From: Octopus sinensis
Taxonomy: Eukaryota
Assembly (NCBI RefSeq): GCF_006345805.1
Contig: NC_042997.1
Coordinates: 135,098,001 to 135,162,000 of the forward strand
DNA: 64,000 nt
Direction: 5' to 3'
Of the stretch, positions 1-14,377 are shown one piece after another (the first letter of the stretch is position 1; every line of letters starts with the position of its first letter). The notes under the pieces were generated by a model. That model worked only from the letters and a program-made list of their open reading frames with translations, made no database searches and was not told where the DNA came from. The position numbers were made by a program, and so were the translations under genes.

Positions 1-53
1 ATAAATGCATACATACATGTATACATACACATGTACACACACATATATGTACA

Positions 54-450
54 GGCACAGATGTGACTGCGTGGTAAGAAACCTATTTCCCAACGACATG
101 GTTGCGGATTCAGTCCCACTGAATGGCACCTTGAACAAGTGTCTTCTACTATAGCCTCGGTCCAACCAAGATTTTTGAATGGATTTGGTAGAGGGAAACT
201 GAAAGAAGCCCTTCGTATATATTTGGATGTGTGTGTTGTGTGTATGTGTGTGTGTGTCTTTGTATCTGCTAGACAACAAGTGTTGGCGTGCTTACATCCC
301 TATAACTTAGCAGTTTGGCAAATAAATCGATAAAATAAATACCAAGCTTTAAAAAATGAGTAGTTTGGTAGATTCATTCTACTAGAAATCGTCTAAGACG
401 ATGCCTCGGCATGGCAGTAGTCTAATGATTGAAACAAATAAAAGAAAAAG
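54..450 (+). mobile_element. tRNA-derived SINE family A (CORE-SINE-like, octopus OR2-type), degenerate full-length copy
   Basis: Pol III-like head (GTGGTAAG...GGATTCAGTCCC), CORE-like CACCTTGAACAAGTGTCTTC block, internal (TG)n, 3' tail ending GAAACAAATAAAAGAAAAG; same layout recurs about 10 times in the window. Confidence 0.8.
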
Positions 451-475
451 GATATCTATATATATATCCACACAA

Positions 476-745
476 ACTGAGGTCTGCCACTGGGTCTGCT
501 TCCTACCACTTGTGCCTTCATCACCTTCCTTATCATCCGCTCTTCATCCATCCTCTCCAGGTGGCCAAATCACCTAAACATTCGTCTTTCCATTTTGGTT
601 GTTAGATTTTCTCTCATTCCTACTCGCCTTCGCACATCCTCATTCCTCCTCTTGGCCATCCGTGTCACACCAACCATAGCCCTCAAACATCTCATCACAA
701 ACACATCTAGTCGCCTCTTTTCCAATTCTCGCAGACTTCACGTAA
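476..745 (-). mobile_element. RTE-clade LINE fragment (C-terminal part of RT ORF), pseudogenised
   Basis: Minus-strand translation T*SLRELEKRRLDVFVMRCLRAMVGVTRMAKRRNEDVRRRVG...MFR*FGHLERMDEERMIRKV...GSRPSGRP; RWFGHxxRM and RPxGRP motifs are typical of RTE; two apparent TGG>TGA stops. Confidence 0.8.
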
Positions 746-1031
746 TGGAGGTGTTGGCGTGAAAGAAGCAAGAATGTTTATTAATGATCGGAAAGTTTGG
801 AGAGTGTTTGCTCACAGATAAGTGAATTAATGTTGTTCGAAGAGGTACCAGCCTGATGCGGCAGGGTAAACCGGCATATTCTTTAGGGCCTCGCTGCACA
901 TATCGAGGGTTGCGTTATATACCTTGACCCAAGCATAGGGGCTCGCCTCTTTGAAGTGGGAAGTAAATGGGATGCCTGGTTTGTGTTTTGTTGTGGCTAC
1001 CCGCTCCCAAAAATGGGGAATAGGCCTGGGT

Positions 1032-1033
<2 letters not shown>

Positions 1034-1097
<64 letters not shown>
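1034..1097. repeat. (CA)n microsatellite
   Basis: Perfect CA array of about 32 units. Confidence 0.98.
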
Positions 1098-1099
<2 letters not shown>

Positions 1100-1484
1100 A
1101 TACACTCAAATGTATGTGCGTAAATTTGAAAGCAGGGTGGCAATACGGCGGTATATACACTTGACAACAAAAGCAAACAAGTGCAATAATATAAAATAAA
1201 ATCTTCATTCGCTACTTAACGCCTCTGGTTTCAGTTGACCATATAATGTGTGTATGCATACACACATAAAATGTTTACTGTTAAACTGTACTCTATTGAC
1301 CTTATCGTCTAATAACAGTATCATGTAAGGATCAAAAAATTCTGTCGTTTGTCACGAATCATGTAAGTTTAGAATACATAATTCTCTCCACGGGTTACTC
1401 TTCTGCATACATTTATTTCGTAATAGATAACCGTGTTAATCATTTCTACTAGACCCTAAACTGCAGATTACAGCCATCCTAGAG

Positions 1485-1622
1485 TTCAACTGATATTTAT
1501 TTTTATCGATCTCGAAAGGATAAAAGGCGAAGTCAAAACGTAATACCAGGAACGTCAAACCGGAAGAAAAACCGCTAAGCTCTCCTTCCGGCGCGGCAGT
1601 GATTCTGCCAACTCGCCGCCTT
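1485..1622 (-). mobile_element. SINE family B, degenerate copy
   Basis: Reverse complement of GGCGGCGAGTTGGCAGAATC...CCTTTTATCCTTTCGAGATCGATAAA, matching the clean copy at 18347. Confidence 0.7.
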
Positions 1623-2110
1623 AGATATTAGAGTTAATGTGATATATGTGTGTGTGTTAGATATTAGTTTAATAAGATGTGTGTGTTCGTGTGCATGTGT
1701 GTGTTAATGTGCGTGCATGTGTGAGTGCCTGCATGTGTGTGTGTGCGTGTTTAACTACCTCATTTAAAGCATAATTATATAAAAGCAGATTGGGCGAATT
1801 TCTCAGGCTTATGGCAATCTGATATTTGCAAAAGTTATTTTAGTTTATCTTTAATTTTTAAAAAATAAATGTTCTGACACTATTATATGTACATATATGC
1901 ATGTTTCTGTATGTGTGTGTGTGTGTGTGAGTGTACTTTTTTACAGTTCTCGTCTTCCAAACTACATTCATAAGGCCGTAGTCTTATGAAGACTAAAGTT
2001 ACGTATTTTACTAAGACTAAAAGTTTACTCAAGATGCCATAGCGTGGGACTAAACACAAAGCTCAAGTTTGTGAAACTAGCTTCTTAACTAGACATGCTT
2101 GCACGCACGT

Positions 2111-2150
<40 letters not shown>

Positions 2151-2244
2151 GCACGCACGCACACACATACACACGCGCGCACTCATATGTATGAGTGTAT
2201 ATGTGTGTATATACATGAATATATATACACAGGGCCTATATCAA

Positions 2245-2642
2245 GTATCTGGAGTAAGAGAACCCAGTCGTGGCTGTCAGACAATTTTCGCGACCACACC
2301 TAACCCCTAACATCTAGCCACCTAACTCCCCAGACTGCAACCCCTTGATTATTATGTGTGGGGCGCAACTGAGCGAGAGACCTACAAAACTCCTTGTAAC
2401 ACCAAAGATTAACTGAAGGCAAGGATTATGGCAGTATTCGCCAACTTAAACAAGGAGACCGTCTAGAAGAGTTGTCTGGAGGCCGTGGTTGAAGGCAATG
2501 GCGATTTTATTGAATAAATTTGCTCTTTAGTATTCCAAGATATTTTTATATAATTTTGGTAAATATGTCTGTTAAAATGAGATGTCAGTGATATTTTCAT
2601 ATTTGCGTAATTTCGACGACAATATATTCAACGCACCCTGTA
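2245..2642 (+). mobile_element. Tc1/mariner-superfamily transposon 3' fragment (transposase C-terminus plus right end)
   Basis: Frameshifted translation PNI*PPNSPDCNP(L)DYYVWGATERETYKTPCNTKD*LKARIMAVFANLNKETV...LEAVVEGNGDFIE*; (W)PPNSPDxNPLDY catalytic-region motif; ends ...CACCCTG-TA. Confidence 0.85.
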
Positions 2643-2840
2643 TATACATGTATGTAGTACATACCTACATATACATGCATATATGTGGTCTCTCTTTCAC
2701 TTCCTTTCCTCTTTTTCTTTCTTTCTTTTTTCTTCCTTTCTATCTTTCGGTTTTTCCTCTCTCAGTTTGTCTGTGTCTCTTATATATGTGTGTATATGTG
2801 TGTGTACGTGTGCGTGTGTGTGTACGTGTGCGTGTGTGTG

Positions 2841-3203
2841 CACGCGGGTCCGGGTTCAGTTCCACTGTGTGCCACCTTGCTCAAGTGTCTTCTATTAATA
2901 GCCTCGAGCCTACTAAAGCTTTGTGAGTTCGTTTGGTAGATGGAAACTGAAAGAAGCCCAACATATATATATATATGTATATATATATGCATACATATAT
3001 ATATACATACATACATACATACATATGTGTCCGTATGTGTATGTTTGTATGCATGTATGTATGTATGTTTGTATCTATGTGTGTCTGCCTTTTCCAAATA
3101 AGTCCTCGGGTCGATTTATTCGATTAAATCCCTTCAAGCGGTGCTCCAGCATATCCGCAGTCAAATGACTGAAACAAGTGAAATAATAAAAGAATAAAAG
3201 AAT
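2841..3203 (+). mobile_element. SINE family A copy (5'-truncated, internal TA/TATG array)
   Basis: CCGGGTTCAGTTCCACTG...GGAAACTGAAAGAAGCCC, microsatellite, then GGTGCTCCAGCAT...GACTGAAACAAG and (AAAAGAAT)n tail. Confidence 0.85.
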
Positions 3204-4127
3204 ATGACAATGTGTATCAATGGTTCCCGATATTTTTCGGTCAGTTAACCTTTACACATGCTCCTTAGAAGAGCCAAACGAGACGTTTGTGCATAATCAC
3301 GCCCACATCCAAAGCGACCAACAGCGAAAGTGACTAAATCCCTCTCAAACCATGCCCTACGCTTTTTAACAGTAACTTATTGCTTAACGTGGCCTCGTAT
3401 TCATTGCACATTAACAGACTAGGTGTTTATGTCTAGCATTATTTTAATCAGACGCCTACTCGATCAAAGTTAACATGAGGTTAAGCAATAATAACAACAC
3501 CACCAGCCTATAAAGCCTATATTATTACCAGAAAGTCTTTTATTCTTATATTCTCCTTTGAAATTGCTTTCAGTGATATCGGGCCCTTAATCAATATCAA
3601 TATTTCTAAGTGTCATTTAGAGGTCATTTAAGGAACGAATAACGATACGTAATGAATGTTTAAAGTTTGTATGTCTGTATACCACTATATTTGTATGGAA
3701 ATGATTATGCGATAAATATGCATATCATCTTTTATTACAAAAAGATAAGCCGATATGATAATAAGGGGCAAATATATATTATGTAATAGAGTAAGCGGTA
3801 TAGTAAAAAGGGAAATTGCGTTGCTTGCTGCTTGAAACCCTTATAAATAACCGAAGTTTCTAATGTATTTAGTAATGTAATAAACGTTGCAACATTTGTC
3901 CTTGGCTGCATTTCGGAAATGACATGCGATTGTGATTATTTAATTATCAACATCCGTAACGATCGTTCTTGTGGAGTGGGTGGCCCTACATAGCACTCAG
4001 GAGATTTTTCGTTTTTAGATTATGCCTATAGGATTGACTATTCTTTCTTAGACTACTATAACACAAGGGCTTCTCAAACCCTACTCACAGAGTAACGTAA
4101 ATGGGAGTAAAACTGAAATAGAGTGGG

Positions 4128-4130
<3 letters not shown>

Positions 4131-4160
<30 letters not shown>

Positions 4161-4277
4161 AAGAAGAAGAAGAAGAAGAAGAAGAAGAAGAAGAAGAAGA
4201 AGAAGAAGAAGAAGAAGAAGAAGAAGAAAGAAGAAGAAGAAGAGAAGAAGAAGAAGAAGACGAAGAAGAAGAAGAAG
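4131..4277. repeat. (GAA)n trinucleotide array
   Basis: About 48 near-perfect GAA units. Confidence 0.98.
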
Positions 4278-5897
4278 TATTTCGCTGGTACTCTATTTCT
4301 CATCTACAGAAGCATGAAAAGCAAATTTGACAATGATGGGTTTTGATTTCAAAGAACAGAAAGCCAGAACAAGTATCACAAGCCATTCGATCCGATGTTG
4401 TAATGTCTTACATCTTGCTGCCTTCTGTATTTAATAAGTTATGGTAAGCGTATCTGCAGATGGTTTGTGTATAGCAAAATTTGTAGAGCATTCGTACAAA
4501 ATATATTTGGCTACGTCGCTTTACGACAAGAGTTCAAACACATCCCAGGTATTCTTTAATTTTCGGCCTCGTCAGATTGTTTGTATTGTCATTTAGTTAA
4601 TCCAATGTCAGCCTTGATCTAAAAGATTATAACCAAGTATATCCTAGCTGTAACCTCTACGCCGTCTTCTTCAGAGTCATGTGTCTAAGACTATATAATC
4701 CAATATTTCTTTTGTTTTAGGACTATAGTGTGATCTGAGGGAGATTTTATCTATTTCTTAAAAGGGTAGAGCTTCCATCACTGGCTCCTCAATTTGTGAT
4801 TGATAAAAATATATTCAGTTGCACTTGCTAAAATAATAACTGGAGCTTTGCTATTGACTATGCTATGGAAAGCAGTACTCCATTAGAGCCGTACTCTGAC
4901 AAGTAAAACAACTAAAAGAATAAAAGTGAGAAAAATGGTATTATTTCAAAACAAAATCGCAATAAGTGAACTTCATCAGTCGTCGGAATAAAGTGATTAA
5001 TTACTAAACAGAAAATAAATAACTTGAGACAAACTAAGTCCCTGTTGAGTAAAGTCAAATAGAATGATATTGTCACACATTTGAAGTGTTCCTGTCTTTG
5101 ATAACATTCACACGAAGGAATAACAAGATTGATGTTATTAAAATGTTTAATGTGATACAAAGTCACGTTTATTCATGCTGATTGCACAAATTGATTGAGG
5201 ACTTGATATCTAGATAAATAGATAGTGACCGAGTGATAACTTGACAGGTATATAGTTAAATGGGTAACCAAACAGATAGAAAAGTGGATCGATAGACCAC
5301 TAGATACATAGAGACATTGACAGATAGATATGTAAATGGATCGATACACAACTAAAATGATGGGTAGACAAATAGATACATAGATTCATGTATATATACA
5401 TTGATACTTATATACACAAATGAGATTTATTTTATTCTCTCTTTAGAACCATAAAGTTCTGGCGAAAACAAAAAGTATTTTGTGTTGTTTTCACCATTTT
5501 TTTTTAAAGGATACAGTTGCCTAAAACTACAAAATAAAAAAAGTTGAAGCTCGAGTGTTTACAGTTTAAACAAAACGAAAAGAAACAAAAACAACATGTA
5601 GGTATCACATTATACTCATGAAAAATAAGTAGAACAAATGAAAAAAAATAATAAATTCAGAAATCGGGAAAATGGGCTAAGAAGGGACGGATATGAAAAG
5701 GAAAAGGAAGAACGGTAGACAGAAAGCGAAAAAGAGAAATTTACAGGGAAAATATCGACACACGCAAGTGCATATGTGTATGTGTATGTATGTATGTATG
5801 TATGTATGCATGTATGTATGTATGTATGTATGTATGTATGTATGTGTATGTATGTATGTATGTGTGTATGTATATGTGTGTGTGTATCCCTCTCCCT

Positions 5898-5954
<57 letters not shown>

Positions 5955-7014
5955 GCACCAAAAGCGTATATATATGTGCGTGTATATGCGCTTGCACGTA
6001 CATAGATACGTACATATATGTTTATATACACTTAGAGAACCGGGGAGAAGGTGACCGGGTCACAAGCGGGTAGAGAGAGAGAGAGAGGGCGGAGGGCGAG
6101 GGAGAGAGAGAGAGACTACAAAGATGTGCACAAACACATATATAGGTATGCACGTATATATTTAGAGAGAAAGGGAAAGACAGACGGAGAGACAAATAGA
6201 CAGACAGAAACAGAGAGAGAGACAGAGAGAGACAGAGAGAGAACATGTAAGAGTGAAGTGTAATTACACAGAAGCGCTCCCACGAGAGATTCAAAAATAG
6301 CCTTTAAAACAATTAGGAGAAAAAGAAAATTCACAAAAGGAACTTCATTCTTTTCAATAGAAACGGACGTTTCAAGGGGTTTGAGATAAAATGTCACCTA
6401 AAATAAGGAAATTATTAGAATACTATGAGTCTGTTCAGCAGGTGAAACTGGGAAGGTTGACTGGTGTGAGATGGATTATTGTGAGGTAATATCAGACGGG
6501 ATGGATACTATGAAGGACAGGGAGTAGTATTGTACGATGTTTTGGCATAAAGATCATGTGATTTCTTTCTTTTACTCTCTTTCTCGCCCTCTTTCTCTCT
6601 CTCTCTCGGCCTCTCTCTTTCTCACTCACTCACTGTGTGTGTGTGTGTGTGTGTGTATGTATACGCACACAAACATGCATATATATGTGTATGTCTATAA
6701 GTATATATATATATAGAGAGAGGCAGAGACAGAGAGACAGACAGAAAGACAGGCAGATAGATATGTATTTGTATGTGTATATATATGTGTGTGTGTGTGT
6801 GTGTGCGTGTGTGTGCATGTGTATGTATATATATATATATGCTTATATATATGTGTGTGTTATATCGACATTATGTATATATGTATATGTGTGTTGTATG
6901 GATATATTATTTGCATATATGGTGTGTCCTGTCTGTATATATATATTATATATATATATAATTATATATATATATAATATATATTATATATATATATACA
7001 TATAAACACATACT

Positions 7015-7076
7015 TAGATGATAGATAGATAAATAGATAGATAGATAGATTGATAGATAGATAGATAGTAGATAGG

Positions 7077-7118
<42 letters not shown>

Positions 7119-7267
7119 TATAGATAGATAGATAGATGGATAGATACAGATATAGAAATATAGTGGATTTATATTTATATTGGATGTGTGTATGGATAAA
7201 AATGATAGAATATTACTCGGTAGAGTACGTGAAATGGAGTGAATAGTAATAAGAAGAATAATAATTA

Positions 7268-7316
<49 letters not shown>

Positions 7317-7560
7317 TATTATTATTGTTGTTGTTGTTGCTCTTGTTATTATTGTTGTTGTTTTTATTATTATTCTATTTATTGGATAATAATAGTTATT
7401 ATTATTACTATTAATATTATTTCATTTATAAGATGATGATGATGATTATAATAATGATAATAATAATAACAATAACAACAACAACAACGAGCACAACGAC
7501 AACAAAAGCAACAACAACAACAACAACAACAACAGTAATAACAACAACAACAAGAATAAA
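7015..7560. repeat. Compound microsatellite: (GATA)n, then (ATT)n/(GTT)n, then (ATG)n/(AAT)n/(AAC)n
   Basis: Direct reading of the sequence. Confidence 0.9.
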
Positions 7561-8207
7561 AATAATTAAAACTGGAATTTTTACAAACGTTCTTATTCTG
7601 AGGTTACTGATCCTGTTGTATGATACAACTAGATATAAAATATATAAGGGGTGATGATGCAAATTCAAACCAAGATTTCACTTTATAATTTGATTCAGAT
7701 TTTCGCGTATTTTTATGGGTGAAGAAAAAATATAATATACTATTAGATTGAAAATAGCGATAAACACGAAACATTTTGTCTGGAGAAAATATATTTAACT
7801 AGAACAACATAATTTGACGCGAAATGCATATTAAAAAAGTAGGTAGAGTGTGAGCGTAAAATGGGTGGGTGTATATAAAGTCACAAGAAAAATCAAAGAA
7901 AGTTACCTTTTTCTATCTTCCACTCTGGAATAATCCGTCCTTATTATCCGAATATATGTAAGAAATTGCTATGAAATGACTGATGAGATTTAATATATAA
8001 GAGTATCTTTGTATGATCAGGAGAAAAAGAAGTGCACGAGGTCGGTTAGTGAAGAAGAACATGAGCTGAAGGTCTTTTTACGACGCCCACGTACTTTCTG
8101 ACACGTGCAAATACTTAGTAAATGAAACAGGAAGCTTTGTCTGTCCCACTCTTTTACTTTCACTTTCCTTTTCACATTGACTGTAATAATCTTAGTTGCT
8201 CTCCTCT

Positions 8208-8262
<55 letters not shown>

Positions 8263-9300
8263 CACTCTCTCAAACACACTCTGTCTCTTTCTCTTTCTTT
8301 CACTACCTCTCACTCATTCACCCACTCTTTCCCTCTTACTCTTCTCTTCCTCTTTCTCTTCTCTCTCTCTCTCTCTCTCTCTTTGTCTACCTATCTATAT
8401 CTATCTATCTAGCTATATATATATATATACACGCGCGCGCAGTGATAAATAGATAGATACATACATATATACATTCAACTTTCCTTTCTCATTTTCTTTC
8501 GAGAAAAATCTTCATTTTTTTTTTCTTTCACATCAATTTTTCATCTTTCTTACTCATTCCGCTCCCGTCAATAAATAAAGCTTTCTCTTTCACAATTATT
8601 CTTAATATTTTCCTTCCTTGTTTCTATCAACTTTACCTTCACTCATATTTACGGAGTAAGTTCTCATCTAAACTTCATCGCCAAAAAATGTACCCGTCTC
8701 AGTTCTTAAACCTTAACACAGGGCATTCACTCAAATTCTCTTTACTTACAATTTCGCTTTTTCTCATTAATGTTATCGGTTTTATTCGTGCCTTCTTTCT
8801 TTCACATTTACCTATAGTTTCTAAATATTTCCATCTCATTTACATCTTAGCTTGTTAAATCACTTTTATTTTTCTCGCGTCGATTCATATTCTTACGCAG
8901 CTTTCTATGAATACCGTTTTTATTTATCTCTCCTCCTGAATACCTACGTATTCTAGAGACACTAACAGACAAAGACAGAGGACGACAAAGAAAGAGAGAT
9001 GGAGTAAATGGAGGGAAGTCTGGCACAAAGTATATATGTATATATATATACTTACAAACATATATGTATGTATGTATCTAAGCCAAGACAATACAAATGT
9101 GTGCAAGGAAGTGATTTGCTGGCAAAAGTTTCGATTGGGGAGAGTTTTACTGCCACAGTCACATAACATATGATTATTTATAATCATAATTATCATTTCG
9201 AATAATAATCAATATTCAGGTCTACATCGAACAATTACTATTCTTGTCCCACATCCCCCACACAAACTATTATATACATGTGTGTGTACGCATTTATGCG

Positions 9301-9346
<46 letters not shown>

Positions 9347-10115
9347 GTATGTATGTATGTATGTATGTATATATGTATGTATATATATATGGTTATCTGT
9401 TCATTTTGCTATTTATTGATACGACATAGACACAATGCCCCCACGCCCACACAGACAAAATATGCAAACACATAGGAACATTAATATTGATTTGTGAACG
9501 TAATAAAAACAGGTTAATATGTTCATATGTAGTGTATGTTTACATATACGTGTGTTCATGGTGTGAGCGTATAGATATAAATACATACATATAATATATA
9601 TATATATAATACATATTGAGAGAGAGAGATACAATTTATATAACTTATACATGCATAGTTATACAATACACACGCACACACACATACGTATATATATATA
9701 TGAGTGTATATATATATATATGTTTATATATATGTATGTATGTGTGTATGTATATGTATATATTTATTTATTTTTGTAAATGGTGACCTTAACTGTCGCG
9801 GCTAACTTTGCCTTGACTAATGATATTAGTAGACCAGTTATATAATTCAATCAGATTGGCAGCTGACCTTCCCAGAGAAAAGACACTGCTACCTTAACAG
9901 TTACGACTCTAAACAGACTCCACGTAGGAACACACATAGATACATGTGTGTGTGTGTATGTGTGTGTGTTTGTGTGTGTGTGTGTGCGTGTGTAGGTGTG
10001 TGTGCTTATGTGTTTGTGTGTGCATATCAATATATATATATATATATATATATGTTGTGTGTTTATAGAGAGATACACAGATATTCAAAGAAGCAGAAAG
10101 ACAGATAGACAAACT

Positions 10116-10154
<39 letters not shown>

Positions 10155-10789
10155 GAAGAGGCATATACATCAATATAAATACATTCAAACATATCCAAAG
10201 ATGGCACTTTGAGCCATGTGCCATTGTATGAAGAAGTTTGCGGCTGTTTTTCCTCTATTTTGGGGTGTAGTCATGTGAAAGGCACATAGGAGTGGATGCA
10301 AACTTTTCAACAAAGATACACACATACACAGACACACTCACAAACACACACACACACACACACACCAGACACACACAGACACACACAGACACACACAGAC
10401 AAGGGCACGCATGCGTTTACAAAAGTAAAAATTATATAGATTTCTAAATATTAACGTTGGGAATATTCAGGATTAATACAATCATGCAATACTTTTACCT
10501 GTCTGTATATATATATATATATTGCAGATATATACATAAAAGTAGTAATATTACAGCCATAGGCACTAATGACTGAATACATGTGTTATTTATACAAAGG
10601 TACGTTTGTCTGTATGAGTGGGATAGGTGTTTGTGTTTATATTTGTAAATGGATGTATATTTCTCTAAACCCTTACATGTACTCATATACCAAATAAACC
10701 CAGGGAATTTGCTGCATGCCTATATTCTTTAAACTAAATGCGTGCGCAATCACACGTAAATATATGTATATGGACAAAAACATGCAGAA

Positions 10790-10822
<33 letters not shown>

Positions 10823-11217
10823 CATGTATATACGCACAATCACACACATATGTATATATGCATATATACACACATATATATAGATGACCATCACATGTAT
10901 ATAATACAAGTATGTATGTATGTATATTTTAGGGTATGCATATATATTTATGTGGAAGAATAGTGTTCAAGAGTGGAAAATTTTACAAAAACAGTGTTCT
11001 TCCACAATTCTCTCTGCAATATCCTCTGTAATTAAAACATTATTATAAAGATAAAAAACAAATCAGGCAATGAAGGGAAGCTTTACTATTCCACGTACAT
11101 ATCAATTTTCTTTGTATATCTATCTATGAATTTCTATCTCAATCTCTCTCGCTCTCTACCCCTCCTCTCTCTCTCTCTTTCTCTGTATATGCATATATAT
11201 ATATATATTATATTTAG

Positions 11218-11255
<38 letters not shown>

Positions 11256-11296
11256 GTATATATGTATATATGTATATATATATATATATATATATG

Positions 11297-11354
11297 AGGG
11301 TGGTGCTCCAGCATGGCCACAGTCAAATGACTGAAGCAAGTAAAAGAATAAAAG
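11297..11354 (+). mobile_element. SINE family A 3' end fragment
   Basis: GGTGGTGCTCCAGCATGGCCACAGTCAAATGACTGAAGCAAGTAAAAGAATAAAAG following a TA array. Confidence 0.75.
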
Positions 11355-11501
11355 GATAGGAGAGTTTTTTTTTGAGGTTTTTGAAATAGCACCTGAATTT
11401 GAAAAACGTGTGTATATGTGTGTGTGTGTGTGTATGTATATATATATATATATATATGTGTGTATATATACACACACATACATAAATACACACCACATAG
11501 A

Positions 11502-11540
<39 letters not shown>

Positions 11541-11682
11541 AGTAAGACCGCAGGTAAATGTGACTATATGAAAAGCAAATAAATTGAGTGATGAATTACA
11601 AAACTCACCTCTTGCACTTTGTTGTAACGTAAATTGTGTGTGTGTATGTGTGTATATATATATACATATATATATATATATA

Positions 11683-11718
<36 letters not shown>

Positions 11719-11885
11719 CCTTAATTTATGAAATAAGCAATGGAAGCCGAAAATATCTATAGGAATTAGGTGTGTCGAATTAATTGTAATGTCTTGAGTA
11801 AACCTGTTGTTATAAGTGTCGTAACTTTTACTGTTTTTGCTCTGTAATAGCCTTTTCTATCTATTTATTATTATCATCATCACCA

Positions 11886-11929
<44 letters not shown>

Positions 11930-12353
11930 GGTGTTTTCTTTTTATTTATGTGTTGCGTGTTGTTTTTGTTTTTTACTGTTATTCAATGACGTTCTGGGTG
12001 GATCATTTCGACTTGCTGTTTTTGAGAAAGTAAATTTTCATTGATAACTATACTTTTTTTTGTCGATTGTAGCTTTTGTTGTAATATTTCATTCTTCTCT
12101 TGGTGGGGAGGAAGATTTTGTTGTTCTTTTAATTGTTATATGATTATTATTTATTTTATCCTTTTTTTTCGTTTCTTTTCTTCTTTCTTATTGGTTTCTT
12201 AGAGTTGCTGCAATTATGCTAATTGTTTTTGCTGCTGATCTCGATGTGTAGTTTACTAAAAAATTACACAGAAGCACACATCACACTACAGACTATACAC
12301 ATATACGTACAAACATACATACATACACACATACATACATAAATATATACATA

Positions 12354-12576
12354 CAGTAATCTCTCGCCGTATCGCGCTTCAGCTATCGCGGTTTATTATT
12401 TAAGCTTACGTCGATTCCTCCGTGGTGTTGTTTTGCATTTATAATTAAATAAATATATACAAATAATAAAAATAATTAAAAAATATATACAGTACAGGAC
12501 TGTTTCTACTTCGAGGATTTTCACCCACCGCGGAGGGCTTGGGAACGTTACACCTGCGATAGCCGAGGGGTTACTA
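12354..12576. mobile_element. pogo/Tigger-like MITE (non-autonomous Tc1/mariner)
   Basis: Imperfect ~22-bp terminal inverted repeats CAGTAATCTCTCGCCGTATCGC / GCGATAGCCGAGGGGTTACTA with TA dinucleotides at the ends; no coding capacity. Confidence 0.6.
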
Positions 12577-12756
12577 TGTATGTATATACATATATAAGAG
12601 AGAGAATTGTAACGTTTATTTAAAAAATACTTTACGTAGGTCAAACAAGTTGTAAGCTGTCAACTTTTATAACACACACACAGTCACACACATATCTGTA
12701 TAACGTGTGTGCGTCGTGTGTGTGTGACTATGTATCTATCTATCTATCTATCTATC

Positions 12757-12798
<42 letters not shown>

Positions 12799-12827
12799 CA
12801 TCTATCTGTCTATCTATCTACCTCTGC

Positions 12828-12896
<69 letters not shown>

Positions 12897-13069
12897 ATAT
12901 TATTTATTTTCTCTCCACTTTACTATTGAATTTAGTGTTTGACTGCAATTGTCACTACTGTAATTATAATTCTGGAAATTACATTAAATATAGTTATCAC
13001 GGGTGTCGATTACGTTGATTAGATTTCATTATTCTTAGTGTTTTTATTATTAGTAGTAGTATTTGTTAT

Positions 13070-13585
13070 CAGTAGTTTATTGTTGTTTTAATAAGTTCTT
13101 TGTGGTCGCGGCTATTATTACTAGACGGTGGCGGTGGAAGGAGTAGTTTTATTGAAGGTGTCTGTTCTTGAGTTTGGATAGGCGGTGATATAGTGTGGTG
13201 GTGGTGGTGTTGGTAGAGGAAATATTCATGATGGTAGCAGTTGTGGTTGCAGTTGAATTGTGAGGGGACTTCGAAAGTGGCGGGTTTTTATAATAGGGGC
13301 TTTTATATGATGCAGACTACTTTTGTAGCCATAGTATGTGTTTTTGACGGCGGCGGTGGTGGTGGTGGTGGTGGTGGTGGTGATGGTGGCGGGGGTGGTG
13401 GTGCTCTTGATTGCGGTAGTGATGGTTGTAGTGGTGGAGGTGGTTGTGATGGTTGTAGAAGTCGTGGTAGTGGTGGTGGTGGTGGTGGTGCTGCTGCTGC
13501 TGCTGCTGTTGTTGCAACCGTTGCTGTTGGTTGTAACAGTTGTGGTGATCACAGCGGCTGTAGGTTGCGGAGAGACATCATGACG

Positions 13586-13619
<34 letters not shown>

Positions 13620-13623
13620 CGAT

Positions 13624-13660
<37 letters not shown>

Positions 13661-13672
13661 CGACGACGACGA

Positions 13673-13706
<34 letters not shown>

Positions 13707-14335
13707 GGTGGTGGTGGTGGTGGTGGTGGTTCAATTTGCCGTAGTAGTAGCAGCGATAGTGTCGGTGAATTAGCCGGATTGCGATGGTGGTCGTGTTTGC
13801 GATAGTGATGGGCGGGATGTGAAGCGGGGACCGAAGCAGTAGAAGCCGTAGAAGCAGCGACAGTTGTGTAGAGTGAACAGGTAGTTGCGGCGGTGGATGT
13901 GCTGCCTGTTGCGATGTGAGTAGGTAAAAGTGTATGAAAGGAAGGGGGGGGGGTATTACTGGGAGAGAGAGAGAGACAGAGACAGAGACAGACAGACAGA
14001 GAGAGAGAGAGAGAGAGGAAGTCACGAGTAAGGAACGGGAAGGATGTATTGCATGCAAACAGTAGTAGCGGCTGAAGTAGTAACCGCAGCAACAGCAACA
14101 ACATTAGAAGCAACAACTCTCCTACTACTGCTTATACTACTACCGCTACTGCAGCTACTACTGCCACCGCCACCACGGTAGCGGTCATGGTAGCAGGCGC
14201 GCTTCAGACGGCAGTGGTAGCGGTAACAGTTGCAGCAGCGTTCAGTAATGAAAGTAGCGGGATAAGTGGCGGAACTAGTTTTACCGTCAGTAGCAGACCC
14301 GGTGGCAGCAGTAGCAGTAGCAGCAACAGCAGGAG

Positions 14336-14377
<42 letters not shown>

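Noticed and set aside
827-1030. GC-richer segment with peptide ...GIPFTS...EALKNMPVYPAASGW
   Set aside because: Vague similarity to TE C-terminal motifs only; the ORF start lies in a (TG)n array; no supportable assignment
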